Positions 62,460 through 64,000 of a stretch of DNA of 64,000 nt are shown here, piece by piece (the stretch's first letter is position 1; each line of letters begins with the position of its first letter). Source of the stretch: Cirrosporium novae-zelandiae (taxonomy: Eukaryota). The notes beneath the pieces are model-generated. The model worked only from the letters and a program-made list of their open reading frames with translations. It was not told the DNA's origin and did no database searches. The DNA is taken from positions 1 to 64,000 of the forward strand of contig JAPETS010000049.1 of the NCBI GenBank assembly GCA_026023565.1. Reading direction: 5' to 3'. The translations under genes and the position numbers were made by a program.

Positions 62460-63958
62460 CTAATCACAAAGAATGCCATGGCCAATTATGGCATCTCCAT
62501 CCTCAGCTTGATTACCTTCCAGAACATCAACGAGACGACGTTCAGGCTTGTGGATCCTCACAGCCCAGAGGAAATAATCTTCCAAAGGAAGAAGGTTTAG
62601 TAGAATCCCATTTCCCCACCATGCGAGAGCGCAGACCATGGATCCTGCAATCGCATCCACAATGAAGTGATTTGCGGTTGCAATGATAGCTATAATGATC
62701 GAAGCCGGATATACAAAACCAACAGTAGTGCAGAGCAATCGATGCCATGATGGAATACGAAGTCGCATTGAATACTTTCCGTTCACAATGGGAATCTTTA
62801 CCATCCGTGAGCGCCGATGCTGAGGTGGTAATGGAATCGTCATGACCGTAAGTCCAACCAGGAGAGCATACCCAAAGTGCAAGGACGGCATAGCAGCTAC
62901 AGAAAGTCAATAAACCGACGCAGCACTCTTCTAGAGCGGAGTCTTACCATATTGGTTGCAAAATCTATTCTCCGTCCATACGGACCCCTTTCCCTCGCCA
63001 CCATGTACGGTATCCACAAATCCATAACTTCTGGCTAGTTCTCCAGTTGGCCCTTTCACAGACTCATCGCTCAGCAGGCGAGGTGGCATGCATGGCCACA
63101 GTGTGAAGATGATGAAAGCGATTAGATTGCATACTGCCATGGTTCTTCGTCTTGCTTCAAAGAGAGCGGGTCCGGCAGGCGATCCATCTATTGCTCCACC
63201 ATGCTTTCCACCTTTATATTCACTTCCAAGTCTGTTTCGGGTGACTGTATAGTAGAAAAGCCAGACAAGGAAAAGAATGGTTCCTGGGATATGTATAAAC
63301 GAATAGAGAGGATTTATAATATCCATCAAAGCAGGGTGACCCAAGAAAAACTGCTGGATTGGCACTTCCCAGAATATATGCAGTTTCTTTTCTAGTTCTA
63401 TCAAGTGCAAAGCATGCACGCGAGCAACATTTACAGTTCCTTCCTGCAGCGTAAGTGCAGTGGCAGCACGACCAAGTTGATAAATCTGCAATACAATATG
63501 AGTTAGTGGTGGAAGTGGTAGAAGTAAGATATGCAACTGACCCAGTAAATTAAAGCCCAGTACCAAGCTTCGACCAAGAAAGGAAACTTGAGAAGAAGCC
63601 TGCTAAGCATCCGTTCCCGGAAAACTGCGGTATTCGGAGATGTAACATTTTTTCTCCAACAAAGTATTCGAAGCTGTCGCCTGCGATATGGTGATTCTTG
63701 CGTTGCCAGAAGGGACGGAGAGGCAGATCGACTTCGGGGGCCGCTCAGCAACAGTTCAGAATCCTTTGGACTAGCATAGCCAGAATCAGAGTCCGACAGA
63801 CTTGACCTCTCAGCCTCAACGTCTCTCGATGTTGTCGATGAATATCGCTGTTTCTGGTGGATGCCTGGAAATGTATAAGTGCGGTTGCGATTTACCCAGG
63901 TACCCCCAAAGAGTAAGGTCACAACGACCAGCGGCTCCATGAATGCGCCTACACCCAT
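62460..63958 (-). CDS. AUR1/IPT1-like PAP2-superfamily integral membrane protein, 3 exons
   Basis: KFPFLVEAWYWALIYW, YSFIHIPGT, WPCMPPRLL, NQY|AAMPSLHFGYA, ATANHFIVDA catalytic motifs. Confidence 0.9.
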
Positions 63959-64000
63959 TTTTGCTGCGAAGATAAAATCCTATCTTCCGTGTTTTGTATA

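Noticed and set aside
1..64000. CRISPR arrays, prokaryotic operons, intact transposons, rRNA or tRNA genes, telomeric arrays
   Set aside because: None seen. The sequence is intron-rich fungal DNA with no transposase or reverse-transcriptase motifs.

Overview
Gene-dense window from a filamentous ascomycete (Pezizomycotina-like) nuclear genome. It has many short (~45-115 nt) spliceosomal introns with CTRAY branch sites, so the ORF track shows only fragments; gene models were rebuilt by hand from splice signals. I can support 25 protein-coding genes, mostly housekeeping: SDR, RPS13, SDC1/DPY30, amino-acid permease, RPA43, DnaJ, DUS2, IPP1, MRPL44, SEC20, RFC2, YPT35, SAS4, RCL1, a PWWP protein and an AUR1/IPT1-like protein. 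There is also an NCS1 permease/hydantoinase-DUF917 divergent pair and a SesA-like-NB-ARC-TPR NLR. Items not visible from the ORF track: (1) a box C/D snoRNA (snR48/SNORD60 type) inside an intron of an apparently non-coding transcript divergent from RPS13; (2) a large 'hypothetical' protein with coilin-like N-terminal and Tudor-like domains; (3) a FYVE-less ANCHR/ZFYVE19-like B-box protein with two MIM1 motifs; (4) a ~62-bp-arm inverted repeat between convergent genes; (5) two probable GC-AG introns; (6) tandem repeats with one-sided C>T/G>A decay; (7) recurring C-rich to G-rich skew flips inside coding exons. No database searches or folding programs were run. Family calls rest on motif recognition from memory.
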